A stretch of 64,000 nt of DNA, taken from the NCBI GenBank assembly GCA_003344405.1, contig NOWV01000248.1, positions 1-64,000 of the forward strand, in the 5' to 3' direction. This DNA comes from Trichoplax sp. H2 (taxonomy: Eukaryota). Of this stretch, positions 41,701-55,046 are shown one piece after another. Position 1 is the stretch's first letter, and each line of letters starts with the position of its first letter. The notes beneath the pieces were generated by a model that saw nothing but the letters and a program-made list of their open reading frames with translations, was not told where the DNA came from and did not search any database. A program made the position numbers and the translations under genes.

Positions 41701-44700
41701 GGATGCAGCGTATTGCTAAAGGAGCTTTTAAACATCTTGGTTTGACTAATTTGTTAGTATCTAAATACAAATTAAATTGCATACAATAGAAATGCAATCT
41801 ACTGGTTAAATACCAGAACCTATTCGCAATAAGACATTTATTAGCAAAATATAACGTCTACGTGAGGTTTCTTTGGCTTTTAAATATTTTTCAGGCATCT
41901 AAGTCACAACAATCTAATTCACATTGATTTCTTAAGATCAACAAAACATCTGAAGAAACTGTAAGTAGTAGTCATAAATTAAAAAGCTATGTAGTCTAGA
42001 TCTTCCATGACACTCTGAGTTTACCCGTAGCATTAATCATTCTAATCAAAATCTGCTTACTAACTACGTATATGTTACGGAGCCATGCTCCGAAATATTA
42101 ATTGCTATGTTAATTACAATATCTCATTTAAATTATTGTTTGCTCCAGTAGCTTATTAGATATTAATATTTATTAATAAGCACTTGTTATTGCCACGGTA
42201 TCAGAAAGTTAAATATTGTTGACGTGTCAGAGCTAACACGCTTAGTTAGTAAACGTTAATTAATAACACCTTAAGTATAAGATCAATTACTTTGCAGAGC
42301 CTTGAGGCTCTAGTTGCTATATTAGGATATGTACACTGTAAGTTATCACAAAACAGCTTTGCAACAAGATAACGTATTGTACGATCAATAAGTCAATTCC
42401 TTGAACCACGTATCAAGGAATGATATCTGCACTATCACAAACACTTTTGCTCTACTAGCAGACTACATAAAGACTTAAACGTCTCGTATTTTACGTTAAA
42501 CACTAAGTTTGAGAATCCACTTTATTACACGATATACTACATTTGTATACTATTCCTCAATAGTTCATGAGTCATAGTTGATACAATTAACATTGGAATC
42601 ATTTACTGAACTAGATATTAATTTTAGCTACTGCTCCCTTAATGCAGACAATAGTATTTACGAATATAGACATGCAATGACTAATACAGAATAGCCAGAT
42701 TACGATATGTCCTATCACGGAATATTTCCATGATAATTTACAGTCTACCATAAGTAAATCACAAACACAATGATTGGAACTGTAAGCAGATGATTTGCAT
42801 TCCCTATTATAACTATTAATTTCAGTATGTGTATAATTGTTACAGTCATAAAAAGTCAGTGCTATATTAAAACACTGTATATCCAAATTAGAAGTTAACT
42901 AAATAAGGTTAGTCTAACAGAATTATCCTGGCATAGATATTTCTACTCTAATGCATTATATAGCACTGTCACAACAGTGTAAGTTGCTATATTAAGAATA
43001 TTCGCTAGTGTACTATCGGCGTTGGCCGAGACTATAAAAAAAGCCGAGCACTAGCTTAGCTTCTCAGTTCCAGTTAGTCATTTGCAGGATCTTTTAACTA
43101 TTATTGCTAAGAATATTCTTACGTTTTTCTTTAGTAAATTTTACGACTAAGGTAAATAAAGTGAAGTATTTAAACCTGTTACTCATTAGTAGCTTATTTG
43201 TGTAGCTGAGAGTTAGTTCAACTACGATAGGTCCCTAAGTTAGTTGGGAGCACGAGTACTAGTGAATTTAGTGTTTAAGATCCAGTTTCTTGTTACAAAG
43301 GAGATTTGTAACAGTATAGCAATCTTTTAAAATCTCCTTTATTAAATTAGGACTAATGTATTTTATAAAAAATTTTTTTAACAATAATTAAGCTATTGAT
43401 TTCTCCGCAATAATTTGATAACTTGCATTTAATTTCTTACGCTCGTATCTACTAGCTATTTAAATCATAATCGTATCGAAAAGCTTTTTAGAAAAAATAT
43501 TATGAAGCTAAAGCATTTGGAAATCTTGTGAGTTTTTATGTTAAGATCCAACAAGATATTATAAAATGCCAATAACGTCTCTAAGAGTCAATGCTTCTTA
43601 TACTAGTTCAACTAATCTTATGCAATATTGGCTTATCCATCTTTTTATATTTGAATAAAATAGAGATTTATGTCGAAATAAAATTAATCAAGTTGAGGCA
43701 AATTTGTTTAGTAATCTTCATAAGCTAAAGCACCTGTAAGTATTTCTCAAATGGAATATTGATTTCAAATAAGTTACATTTTATCACACAACCCTATAAA
43801 CACTACAGTATAGCTACATATTTTATGATGATACAATAGTTAATTTATGGAATAAATTTAAGAGTTGCGTTTTAATAAATGTCTTATTCATTTCCAGCAA
43901 TTTATCTAGTAACCATCTGATGCAACTTCCAACAGGTATTTTCAGTGGCCTTGAAAAGTTGAATACTCTGTAAGTTATGCTTACTACTTTGAAATAATTT
44001 CAATAAACTAGTTGCTAATGATCTGACTTGGCTAGATCATAATGCCTTTATGTTTCAAAGCTGTAGTTTTATTTATTCAAACATCATTTGCTGCAATTTC
44101 AATAATCAAGAATTAAAATCATAGCAATATTTTGGTTTTCATTTCTATTTAGAAAATTAGTAGGTTGTCAAATTGAAAATCTGACAAACCTATTCCCCAC
44201 TTCTATATCTGGATTAAAATATTTGTAAGACACTATGAATATGAAAAAGTGTATGGTGCAATATCTAGCCTTACTCTAATGGATAAATTTTATTTATGGT
44301 GGTATCGCAGATATTTGCAAGATAATATTATCGAACATATCAATATCGATACCTTTATCCACTTGAAAAAGCTAAGTGAATTGTGAGTATGATAAAGTGA
44401 TGGTGTAGACAATCAATTGGAACATTATAAATTGACTAGCTTACAGCATGTCGAAGCTAAGAATATTTATTTATTTTTGAAAGAATTGTGAATATGATAG
44501 ACAATGATGTAGACGATAGATCAGATCATGAATTGCTTTAATTTATAGCATTTCGAAGCTTAGAATATTTATTTTTTTAAAGAATTTTGAGTATGATAAG
44601 TAACGGTATACATAATAAATCTGAACATCATAATTTGCTCTGGCTTATAATATATCAAAGCTAAGAATACTTAATCTAATATACTTAGATATTTGGATAA

Positions 44701-47700
44701 TAACCGATTGATATCCAGTAGTGCTAAAATATTCACTCCACTTCGATGGCTAAAAGTATTGTATGTTTCAATTAGAGATATTGCTACTATTGGTAGTGAT
44801 AATGATATTTAACCTTTGTACCGTCATGTAATTTAGGTCCCTTAACAATAACGTCAAATTTGGTAATATCTCACTGAATTCTTTGAGGGATCTGAAAGCA
44901 TTGATGCATTTGTAAATATTAATTTCTTCTAAAATAGATATTTATGACTACGAATTTACTATAAATTTACTATATCTCAAGTAATATAAGCAGCATATCA
45001 AATTCAGAAATTTCACAAATTAGATATAGTTAACTTAATTGTACTCATAGGGTGAAAATATAAGATATTTTTAGAAGTTACAGGCAAGAGATGGTTTTGA
45101 ATCTATGAAGTTCACTATAATATGGTAATAAATCTCCTGATAAATATCTACATAGAAAAATTTCAAATGTTGGAAAAATCACAACCGAAAGAGGAACTCA
45201 TGGTATCTTTTCAAAGATAGAATCATTGTAAGTAGATTATGATTTCTTAATATGAAATCAAATATGAATTTATTTTTATTTATTTTGCCATTATTGTTGC
45301 CTGAAATTTAAGTTCACTGTTAAAAATCTTATCAAATCTTCCATCATTTCCACTAATTCAGGAAAGGCATTTAAATCGTTCAATAGACTACAGCTCGTTT
45401 TAAATATTTCGGCGATATTTCAAAAGCTCTTTTATAAATAAATATCGAAATAGCCCAAATATATTCAAATCAATGATTATTTCTGTAGAAGTAATTCCTA
45501 ATATGTAATCATTTAATATCTTTATTTAAAGATATGGGAATAGAAATACTGTCACGTTTCAATTACTGTAATTAATTTGCTATCTTTTATATTAAAAATG
45601 TGATTATTTCTTAAGAGTTATGGATAAATGAGCGGATATATACTAAAGCATACTTTGTTTTATTTGCAACTTTTACCAACAATGTTAGGGACATAAGTTA
45701 TAACAATTTGACAAGTAATTCTGGTTCTATGAATTTATTTATTTCGAAAGAACTCAGATCAATGTAAGTATCATAACAACATCTAATAAATTTAATAAAA
45801 TTTTATATATTCTTTAAGTCAGATTATGTCGTTAAAATCTTGCGTATGTGAACCTTATTTACTATAATATAGTTTTCTCTACACCTTGTTAAGAGGTCAG
45901 TTTGACGTAAATCAACAATTACTAGGAAATTTTGACGACAAATATTCTTTAATCACGATTGCTATTCTTGTTTATTTAAAAACTGATCAAAGATCTTTAA
46001 GAAAATTTAATTATAATCTATGATGTAATCTATTTCTATTTCATCTACAATGGACAGCAATATATCCGGAAATCAGTTGACAAAATTTCCAGATGGAATT
46101 GAAAAAATGCTGCATAAGAAATTACACCACCTGTGAGTAGAGTTTTATCTTTATGATACTATTTAATATGTAGTTGCTATGCACATCTTATCTGCTATGT
46201 TAACTATAGCATTCCTTCCTTAGTAACACCACTTAGTGTCTTATTATTGCGAACTAGGAATACTACTAACCTGCATTGAGAGGTTAAGATTGCTCTTCAA
46301 ATCCAAGTTACTGTAAATCGGAATAACAATCAGTTCATAGTCTTATATAGATATGATTAAGCATCGTGGCGCCTTCAATCTTGCTAGAAAATCATAATCT
46401 ACTTTATTGTCGGCGAAGCTATAGCTTGTTTAAATTTAGATACTTAAAAGTGACCTAACTGTACGAGTCACTTCGCCTTTTAGCAATTAACCAAATTAAT
46501 GTGTTTGAGAGTTTTCATTTGTACAGTAAGGATTCAATTCAATCTAATCTTATTATATTTACTGTACTAGTATTAAACCAATCAATTCCTAATCAAAGTT
46601 TGAAATACATTAGATTACATTATTAAGATTAGGGTTTGAAGCCCGTAAGAATTTTGTTACCCCTCTTCAATATTGAAATTATCCAGGTGTTCGTGTATTG
46701 CACTTGGGTATGAAAGCCTAAGTTGTAATACCTAATTGAGAGACTGCATTTTATCTAAGCTTAGAAGCTACACTTTCAATCTTGACATTGTTTGTGGTAA
46801 TACATGCAATCTAGTAAACTACTAGGTGGTTGCTATTTTAATCCATTTAATTCCAAATTAAGAATTGCTTAAATATCATTCATAAAGCACTACAGTTACA
46901 CTTCAGTAGACCGTAAACATTACTGGCATAATAGCATATATCAAACGTAACTACGAAGCCGCGTAAATTTTAAGATTCGTTCAGTATTAATTAATTAAGT
47001 AATACTCTAGTAATAAGTACAGAAAATATAATTTCATGATGCTTATGATTCTATTCATTAATCGATATAGATTGATTTTTAATTTCTTGAAATAATAAAA
47101 CAGTCGTGAGCTACCTTACCAAAGGCCTGGCTTGAACCTTCGCCGACATAATTTCCTTCTTTCTTCCAGTAATTTTTCTGATACAGGTATAAGTGTCGAA
47201 GAGATTGAGAACAACCTTAACGTGCAAATTTCAGATTGCCAAAACATGGATGAATCAGAAAGAATTCAAAATTCTTGTGATTTTACTTTGTAAGAAATGT
47301 AACTATAATCTTAAAATTAAGCCTTTACATATATGAATCAATATGTTAGCGTTGGATTGACATCACCAATTGAAAGTAATAATAAATTCAGTGTGCAAAT
47401 AAAATTATTAAAGTAAAATACTTAAAATCATACGATAATATACTGTTCAGAAACTTAGCCATTATAAATATATCCTCTTTTGCAGCGAATCTAATTACTT
47501 TAATGTGCTCATATTAGCGATTTCAGCAAGCTGAAATGGATAAAAATACCAAAAGTAATAAATCATTTCCGATTGCATCTGACCCATTTGTGAGTAATTA
47601 TAACTATTCTTAATAATTGTGTTGAATAGCCTTCTTTCAGTAACGAAAGCTAGTAATTATTGAAAAGTTATAACTTTCTATCGTTATTACAGGTATTTAA

Positions 47701-50700
47701 GCCATAATAACTTACAGCGTGTTGATATAAGCAATATCTTTCCTAGCAGCGACACGAGACTACGTCAACTGTACGTACATAGGCGTGTAATATCTTTAAT
47801 TATTAATCCCTTCCGATACTTTAACATTTTCTGCAGGCAAATTTTGCTAATAATTTATATCTTAAAGCATGAATTTCCAAATTTAGTAGTATAAATTACA
47901 GAAAATTTGTCGAAACTACCTCTGTAAATATTATTTTGCTTGTTAACAGCCTATTCTTAAATTCATAAATGACATTTTAGTTATTGTAGCAAATGCGCCT
48001 AAATATATTTCACCATTCCAAATTCACAACTTGAAATTTTACCGTTGAATTACTAAATGCTATTTCTAGTCAAAATCTCTTATTTAAGATACCGTATTTA
48101 TTTATAGTATCGATAGATAAAACTGGTTAACATTATAAGATGTAGATTTTTAAACTAAAAAAGAAGTAGTATCAATTATAAAGAAATTGTACGTTTTACT
48201 TTTGCTTGTAATTGTTGGTTGATATTGTCGTATAAATATGAATGTAAAAGGACATGTATTGCGATTGCACTATTAGCAGTTCAAATTCTTTCTCACTTTT
48301 TCTGGGTTTTAAGAGCATTAAATCATCACTGCTAAGCATATTAATAGTATTTTTATCAACTTTTAAAGATTTACATAAACTTTATAAAGGTATACGAATC
48401 AATTATAGTGGAAAAATTTTGATCTTAATTAGTCAAAATATTTACTCTGCCTGCTTTACAGAGACCTAAGTTATAACAAACTAAATTCCTTGACTAACAT
48501 TCAACGAATAACTTTTTCAAATTTAAATGTGCTGTAAGTTATTTATTATTAGGATCTTCTGTTATTGCATAAAAGGAAAGGCGAAAGTAAATACAGCTAA
48601 CGCTAAGTTGCTATATTATTGTAATATTTGGACTACCTTATGTTAGAGATGTATCCTACAACAATTTAAGCGACATATGTAGCATTTCATGGGTTGGCTT
48701 TGCTGAAAGCTTAAGGCAATTGTGAGTACTTCTAGGTATTTCGTTAAAGCAACTATGATAAGAATAATATAAATAGCACAGAAATAATACTGTAATCAAA
48801 TATCAACACCAATCTAACGCCTAGCTGGACATCAACACAAATGGCGGTGTACTAGAATCAAATATCTAGATGATTACTCCAATAATAGGCCAATGAGATA
48901 CCTGCATTAGGATTTAAAGCATACAGTTTCAATTTAAACAATCTTCCTCTCTTGTATTCCTAGACCTACTCTTAAACTTAGATATTCTTACATATTTATG
49001 CCAAAGTAATTAATGTGATTGCAGTAGTTAGTCAATGATCAATAAAAATTTTAGTCGTTGATTGCGAGCGATGATCATAATATGAAATGTAGCTCACAAA
49101 TACAAATATGAGGCGAAAAATAGTGAATCCTATATAATACTAACGTTTCTTTAAGATCAGGATTTCATTATTGCAGAAAATTTATCATTAATCAAACCTA
49201 AAGATTTACTCATTGCCTTACCTATAGAATACTATTAAATATTTTCGTTCAATTTTATACTATGATAAAGATATTTGGACCGAAACAATATTAACACACT
49301 AAAAGAGACTTGTTTTCAAGGATTAAATAAACTGTATTCGATGTAAGTTATGTTTGTAATATCGCTTATTACGTAGAGCAGATAGTGGAGATTAGCCTTT
49401 GCGTGTTCAATGCTTTAAATTGTGTTATAAATTTTAGAAGCCTTAAAGAAAATTCCATACCATATGTAGCAAAAGAAACATTTTATCGCGTACCAGGACT
49501 TATAAAATTGTAAGTAGCAACGTGCCGTAAACGGCTTCATGACGATATCTGTAATAAAGTAATACACCCTACCTTCATAGCTTAAGTTTTGAAAAAAATC
49601 GACTTTCAAATATTGCTATAGACGGTACTTTACTATTTCATTAAGATATGATACATGCTTTCAACAAATGGTATGTACTTCAATATTTCTGAAAATATAA
49701 CAAACTAGCTCTATCGCAAAATAACGAGCAAGCCATGTCTACAAATCTTCTCACTAAACCTTCTATCAGGGCACTGTTCTGTTTAAAGAAATATTTGAAA
49801 AAAATTATGCACATTGCTTAGTTTTTTGGTGCGCTATGTCAACAAGAATACGATTAGGTAATAAAAGTACTCTATCCATATCTTTTTTTCAGGCAAAGTT
49901 CCTTCACTAAAGTTGCCTATAGCTAAAATGTCGTTACAGTGGATTCTGCCTTATATAATTTTACCGTTATGGAAACTCGTGCGAATTTTGATCACACTCA
50001 TGTTCGCACATATTATCTAGAATATTTCTACTAATCCCAGACTGATTATTAGTTGTTGTAAAAAAACCTGTTCTTCTGATTGTAATTAAAGTGTAGTTCA
50101 CGCGAATAATTTTTTGAACAGCAGATTTTATTACTGGGAAAACTTCCTACAACAGCAGATCTTAGTAAAAAAGGACTAAGAGCAACCAACAATGACAGAA
50201 AAGTATAGCAGCTTAAATATGTTATCTAACTTGTTTATAACATGATAATTGCGAAAAACATAATTCAACGCTTACAGAACTTAGTATGAGAATAAAATTA
50301 TATGATTGGTATCATATTCTATGAAGCTGAAATTAACATACTTGAATTATCACAAACATTGCTTATATATAATTATTATAGTTAATGACCCAAGGTTTCG
50401 GTATTATTCTTAATTTAGGTCTAATTCACTTCTGCATAACATGTTGATAACAATAGCTTGTCTAACAGCTTCACTATAGTTGTGTATAATACATATGTCT
50501 TGCGTAGAAATGAAATTTCTGTATGTCAAGAAATATTAGCAATTCAGTGCAAGCAATGGAATTGTCGTACAAATTTGACAGAGAGAAAATTATATTAATC
50601 ATAGACTATTGTAACTTCTGACAAATCAAGATCTTAGCTGATTAATCCATAATGAATCTTTAATGCTGCCTATATCATCGAATTAAATAGACAGAATTAT

Positions 50701-51869
50701 TTTGTATACTATCTAGATATTCTTCACGGACCTACTTGTGCTGTATGGTACCAGCATCGGTTAAGACTTGCTATCCCTTACGACGATACGATGGTCTATC
50801 GACTTGTGATGGTCTACTATCCCATTTTGTTCTGCAAGCCTATATTTGGCTGATTGGCTGTACCGCCTTTATTGGTAATATTGCTGTCTTTAGTATGCAT
50901 GTGAAGGAAACAAAATGCAAAAAAAACGGAGTTCCATCATTTTTAATCGCTAATTTAGCAGTTGCTGACTTTAGCGTGGCTAACTATATGTTAATTATTG
51001 CAATTAGCGATCGATTTTACAGTAATAATAAATTTGGAGTCAATTCTGAACAATGGCTACGAAGCATGCCATGTTTATTCGCCTGTTTTATATGTTGTGC
51101 AGCAAGCCTAATGTCTGTCTTTATGATGCTGATTATTAGTATTGATCGATTTATTTGCATCGTTTATCCGTTTTCTAAAAGAAAATTAACACTTAAATCT
51201 GCATTATTGTTGGTTATGGGCTTTTGGCTCTTTTCAATTACATTCGTTGGCGTTCCGGTTGTTTATAGCATTGGTGCTGATGGAGATAATCGATTGCATG
51301 GTTACAGTAGTATATGTATGTCTAGTAATGTTCTTAATCCATATTTTAAAATGTGGATTACAGCTTATGTATCTATTACTATTATCTGTTGGATTATTAC
51401 ATGTTTCCTGTACACTAAAATGCTAAATTCGATTCGTCAATCAAGTCAAAAAGTACGCAAAAGTGAGAATAGTAAAGATAAGCGTATAACTATACGTCTA
51501 TTCCTGATATTAATCACGGATTTGATCAGTTGGATTCCGTATTATATCATTTTCATGCAGGTTTTACATACATCAGAATCTGTAAACATATTAACACTGC
51601 AATTCGTCATCATATTTGCCTTACCAATCAATTCTGCAGTAAACCCCTGCTTATATACGTTATCCAGCCAAACAGTCATTAATTATGCTAACAGTATTAG
51701 CAGCTCTATGCGCAGTGCATATCAAATTGTTCGCAGTAGCTCTATATTGAGTAAAAGTGGGAAAACCAAAAGCCCATCTACGACTAGCATCAGAATGGAT
51801 CTAAATACATCGGAAAATCGATCACCATGGAGACATAGTACGGGAAGCAATCTATCGAGTGAAGTGTAG
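26690..51869 (+). CDS. LRR-containing GPCR (LGR-like) gene 2, apparently complete, 47 coding exons, ~1550 aa
   Basis: Signal exon 26690-26765 and LRRNT exon 30114-30339. 44 phase-2 LRR exons start at 30451, 30708, 30917, 31097, 31246, 32042, 32334, 32559, 32778, 33032, 33678, 34936, 35087, 35287, 35684, 35872, 36058, 36218, 36486, 37037, 37484, 37633, 38702, 39072, 39310, 39522, 41684, 41895, 43456, 43664, 43898, 44153, 44311, 44689, 44837, 45156, 45689, 46058, 47170, 47518, 47693, 48462, 48647, 49271 (mostly 72 bp, all open, e.g. DLSRNMIRDIEARAFKNLTQLST). The 7TM exon is 50717-51869. Confidence 0.88.
26865..27225 (+). repeat. Diverged two-unit direct repeat (~207-bp period) in the first coding intron of gene 2
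   Basis: ttctgcaaacgctatc(t/a)ataacaagc...cctaaaaga... at ~26866 and ~27073. Confidence 0.7.
29466..30016. mobile_element. Solo LTR family D
   Basis: TGTAATG...TATCACA, TSD CCTGC, inverted copy at 62613-63180. Confidence 0.85.
30114..30339 (+). CDS. LRR N-terminal cap (LRRNT) exon of gene 2
   Basis: Open frame ...WENPSWCPISCSCSSKMDLYYYEQELNLTCVGKNWSEV... with the CPxxCxC...C LRRNT pattern. Ends in a phase-2 donor (tt|gttagt) leading into the first LRR exon. Confidence 0.85.
31383..31945 (-). mobile_element. Diverged family-A-related LTR
   Basis: Begins tgtcacaaatcagcttcg...ggattcagtatccc..., the reverse complement of the family A 3' end. No clean TSD; far boundary approximate. Confidence 0.65.
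38003..38517 (-). mobile_element. LTR family B copy (internally deleted)
   Basis: Colinear with 42344-42973. Confidence 0.75.
40522..41250. mobile_element. Solo LTR family C
   Basis: TGACACA...CCGTAACA, imperfect TSD AGATC/ATATC, colinear with 6485-7189. Confidence 0.8.
42344..42973 (-). mobile_element. LTR family B copy
   Basis: TATCACAAAACAGC...ACTGTCACA, colinear with 38003-38517. Its end resembles family A (cacaaaacagcttt...gataacgta). Confidence 0.75.
44378..44675 (+). repeat. Three-unit ~100-bp tandem repeat starting at an exon/intron junction
   Basis: Units begin gaattgtgagtatgata / gaattgtgaatatgata / gaattttgagtatgata and end ...aagct(a/t)agaata. Confidence 0.75.
50717..51869 (+). 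CDS. Terminal exon of gene 2: hinge plus 7TM plus Ser/Thr-rich tail ending SSEV
   Basis: Acceptor atctag, YSSRTYLCCMVP; FLIANLAVADF, SIDRF, ILITDLISWIP, LPINSAVNPCLYT. 377-aa ORF. Confidence 0.93.
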
Positions 51870-53663
51870 TTTAAATAAGATCAGTTACTACCAATATTGG
51901 CTTTATTATCTACCAATGATTATGATTAGGATATTAGTTCATTGTGTTTGAGTAGAAATAATCAGGCCAATCGAGCATTTAGAATTAATTGCCGTTATAT
52001 TAGTACTTTAGGCTAAGGCAATAATCGTCGCTGGAGATCGAAAATTTCTCGCAAACACTAGTATGCATCAACTCCTTTAATCATTTTTCAGTATTTTACA
52101 AGTATAATTTAACACCTTTAACCTCTGTGATCTTAAGCCACACACATACATATATACATTTTAATGATTTAAAATTAGAAAATTAGGGCTACGTAGAAAT
52201 GTAGCTAATTTCGATAGCTCAACACTACAAATTTTCAGCCATCATGTGTTATTAGCTTAAATACTGTAATCCATCCGAACAGTTCAATACGCGTACCGAA
52301 GGCTACACACAATTTAATCACTGGTCTAAAAACTTAACTTCCTTATTAATTATATACTCTTACGTACTGCAAATTACAGTAATTTATTGCTGATACAGTT
52401 ATAACTTTGAGATAAAGTAGTTTTAGCTATCTTTGATAGTATCAAAATTGGCTTTTAAGTATTACATATAGAATTGTTGTATTTACGACAGTGCTATATA
52501 GTATTAGTAGATGCTTAGTTTCGCATTACTCAAAAATAATTAATGCTTGCACTATTCTTATGATGATATTTTAATTGCTGTGGATTAAATGGAAGTTAAT
52601 AATTTGCGACTGCTTTTATTTCTTTTACGACTTCTTTTAAAGGCATATATTCTGAGTTGATTTAAATATAAATTGCTATCAATAGTGTATTACTTACACA
52701 ATAACTTTATATGCATTTCCGAATTTAAGTTAGTTAGACGGTGTAACTTCCATATATGCGTAAGAATTTAATCAGTACGTTATTAATTGGAGTGCATTCT
52801 GTATTTTAGAATTTATTTAATAGAATTGAATTTCTGCTTTAATTTGTGCTGTTATGTTATGAATATTCTTCCGTAATAGTTTTATCGTAATTCATGTATT
52901 TCATCATAAATTTAATGCAAAATTAAATTTCTTTACTTAACGTAATTTGTTCTGGCTATGACCAGGAATCTAATAAAGGCATTGAAGTAGGTGAATATAG
53001 AATAATGTAATAAGTGAATTTGAATTTTTTAAGGCCTATTGTATATTACCAGCCTCAATTTGTGGAAACTAGCAACTCGGGTTGAGAAAGTAATTTCCAC
53101 TCTTTTATTGCTACTACCAACTATTCGAAAATAGTATATACCGTAATACGATTAAAGGATCTTCTGTACTGCAAATATCTTCTGCAGTCAGATTCCTAAT
53201 CGATAGTTCTAGATAAAAGTTAATGGCTTCCATAATCTTGGCTGTCTAGGTAATATATTCGAATAAATGGTTAGCGTCCTGAAGCTGTTCGTTTTACTTA
53301 CCTTTTGTTAAAATTGGGTGTTAGCAATTGGTTATTGGAACTAAGCTCATCCAATTAACCTACTGAAACTGTCCCTTGTCTTCTGTACCAAAGGATAACC
53401 TCAATACCTATTGAATATGTCTCGAATTTGTAAGTTCTGCTTCGCAGATTTACTGCATATTTTAACTGATCAAACATCAATTTGCAATAGAGAAAGAATT
53501 TACCTCATCGTCAATGATATGAAGGTTTCAGCTACTTTCGAGCTATGTCATTACTTAGCTACGATACTTCGCACTCACTAACACTTCGTTTAATAAGCTA
53601 CGGACATGACAAGTTTAAATTATCTTCACGTATCCATTAATTTTCAAAAACATCATTAATCAT

Positions 53664-53798
53664 TGTTACAGTGTTATACACTGTATTACAGTAGAAATAT
53701 CAATGTTAGGATAATTCTATTAGACTATCCTTGTTTAGTTAACTTCTAATTTGGATATACTGTATTTTAATATAGCACTGACTTTTTATGACAGTGAC
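53664..53798 (+). mobile_element. LTR family B start, running into assembly gap
   Basis: tgttacagtgttatacactg..., the reverse complement of 376-511. Confidence 0.8.
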
Positions 53799-53818
53799 NN
53801 NNNNNNNNNNNNNNNNNN
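53799..53818. other. Assembly gap (20 N)
   Basis: Run of N, flanked by a duplicated 188-bp segment (53476-53663 and 53819-54006). Confidence 0.98.
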
Positions 53819-54661
53819 ATCAATTTGCAATAGAGAAAGAATTTACCTCATCGTCAATGATATGAAGGTTTCAGCTACTTTCGAGCTATGTCATTACTTA
53901 GCTACGATACTTCGCACTCGCTAACACTTCGTTTAACAAGCTACGGACATGACAAGTTTAAATTATCTTCACGTATCCATTAATTTTCAAAAACATCATT
54001 AATCATTTATTCAAGTCTCCAATCTCAACCCATAATTTGCAACACTAATAAAAGGGTTTTCACTAGTAACCTAAGAGTTGTAATTAAAACGTTCTTGATT
54101 ATATTTTAAAACGAAAAAGATATAATACTTTTTGATCAAGCAGCCGTAACAAGACTAATAACAATTACCAAATACGGAATGAATATAAAGCCATGGCTGT
54201 AGACTATTTACAATGGATAAGAAGTTAACAGGCAGTTTATTATCTAATTTGGATATTACGAAGTAACTTTTGCTCAGCTGTCGTAACGTTGGTTTAATAT
54301 AATAATTTATCTAGGAAAGAATTTACATACCGTTATCTATGACGCTGTACATAATTTTAATAGATAACTACATACTTGAATAATATTATCTATAAACTGA
54401 TAATGATAAATCTTCATGTAGATATAAATTGACTGACTTTTTCAATAAAGTTTGAGTGCAGTTTTGGCAAGAGAGACTAGTATCGTTTTACTGTTTCTCC
54501 TGATGATGGCAGATCGTCAGTAGATAGAGTCTTACTGTAGGTTAATGTAAGGGAAGACGAATCTAGCAGAAGACTTAGAGCTACTTATCATAGCTTTTAA
54601 CTATGCCGATTTACAAATTTCGATTTGTAAACTGGAATATTAAATAAATTAGATAAGTAAT

Positions 54662-55046
54662 TGTTACGGTATGTACTATCGGGAAGAGTTAAATGACTAA
54701 GTTTAGCGAATCAGCATTCAGTCGTAACTGTAATTATGATTAATACTAGAATATAGATGTATTACGATGACTTTGTGAATCGACATACTGTGGTCCGATT
54801 ACGTAAAATCAGTCAGTAAATGTCCATATCGATAATAATTGTTGTGTAATGATTCATTAATGCTAGCTACTGCTAAAAGCTATTAAGGCTTGGCAGATCA
54901 TTGAATAAAGTTAGTTCTCTAGTTTTGTAGTGTAGAAGCAGAGGCGTCTAAGTTCTTTTAAGTAACTAAGGGATACTGAATCCAGGGAACTTTAGAAATT
55001 TCGAGATTTTTTTACGTAAACCTTGTCGCAAAACTGGTTTGTGATG
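54662..55046 (+). mobile_element. Diverged family-A-related solo LTR
   Basis: TGTTACGG...ggatactgaatcc...actggtttgtgatg, imperfect TSD GTAAT/GTAAC. Confidence 0.75.

Noticed and set aside
1167..49342. Regularly spaced similar short units suggesting a CRISPR-like or satellite array
   Set aside because: The similarity is at protein level (LRR) and at splice signals; there are no identical nucleotide repeats.
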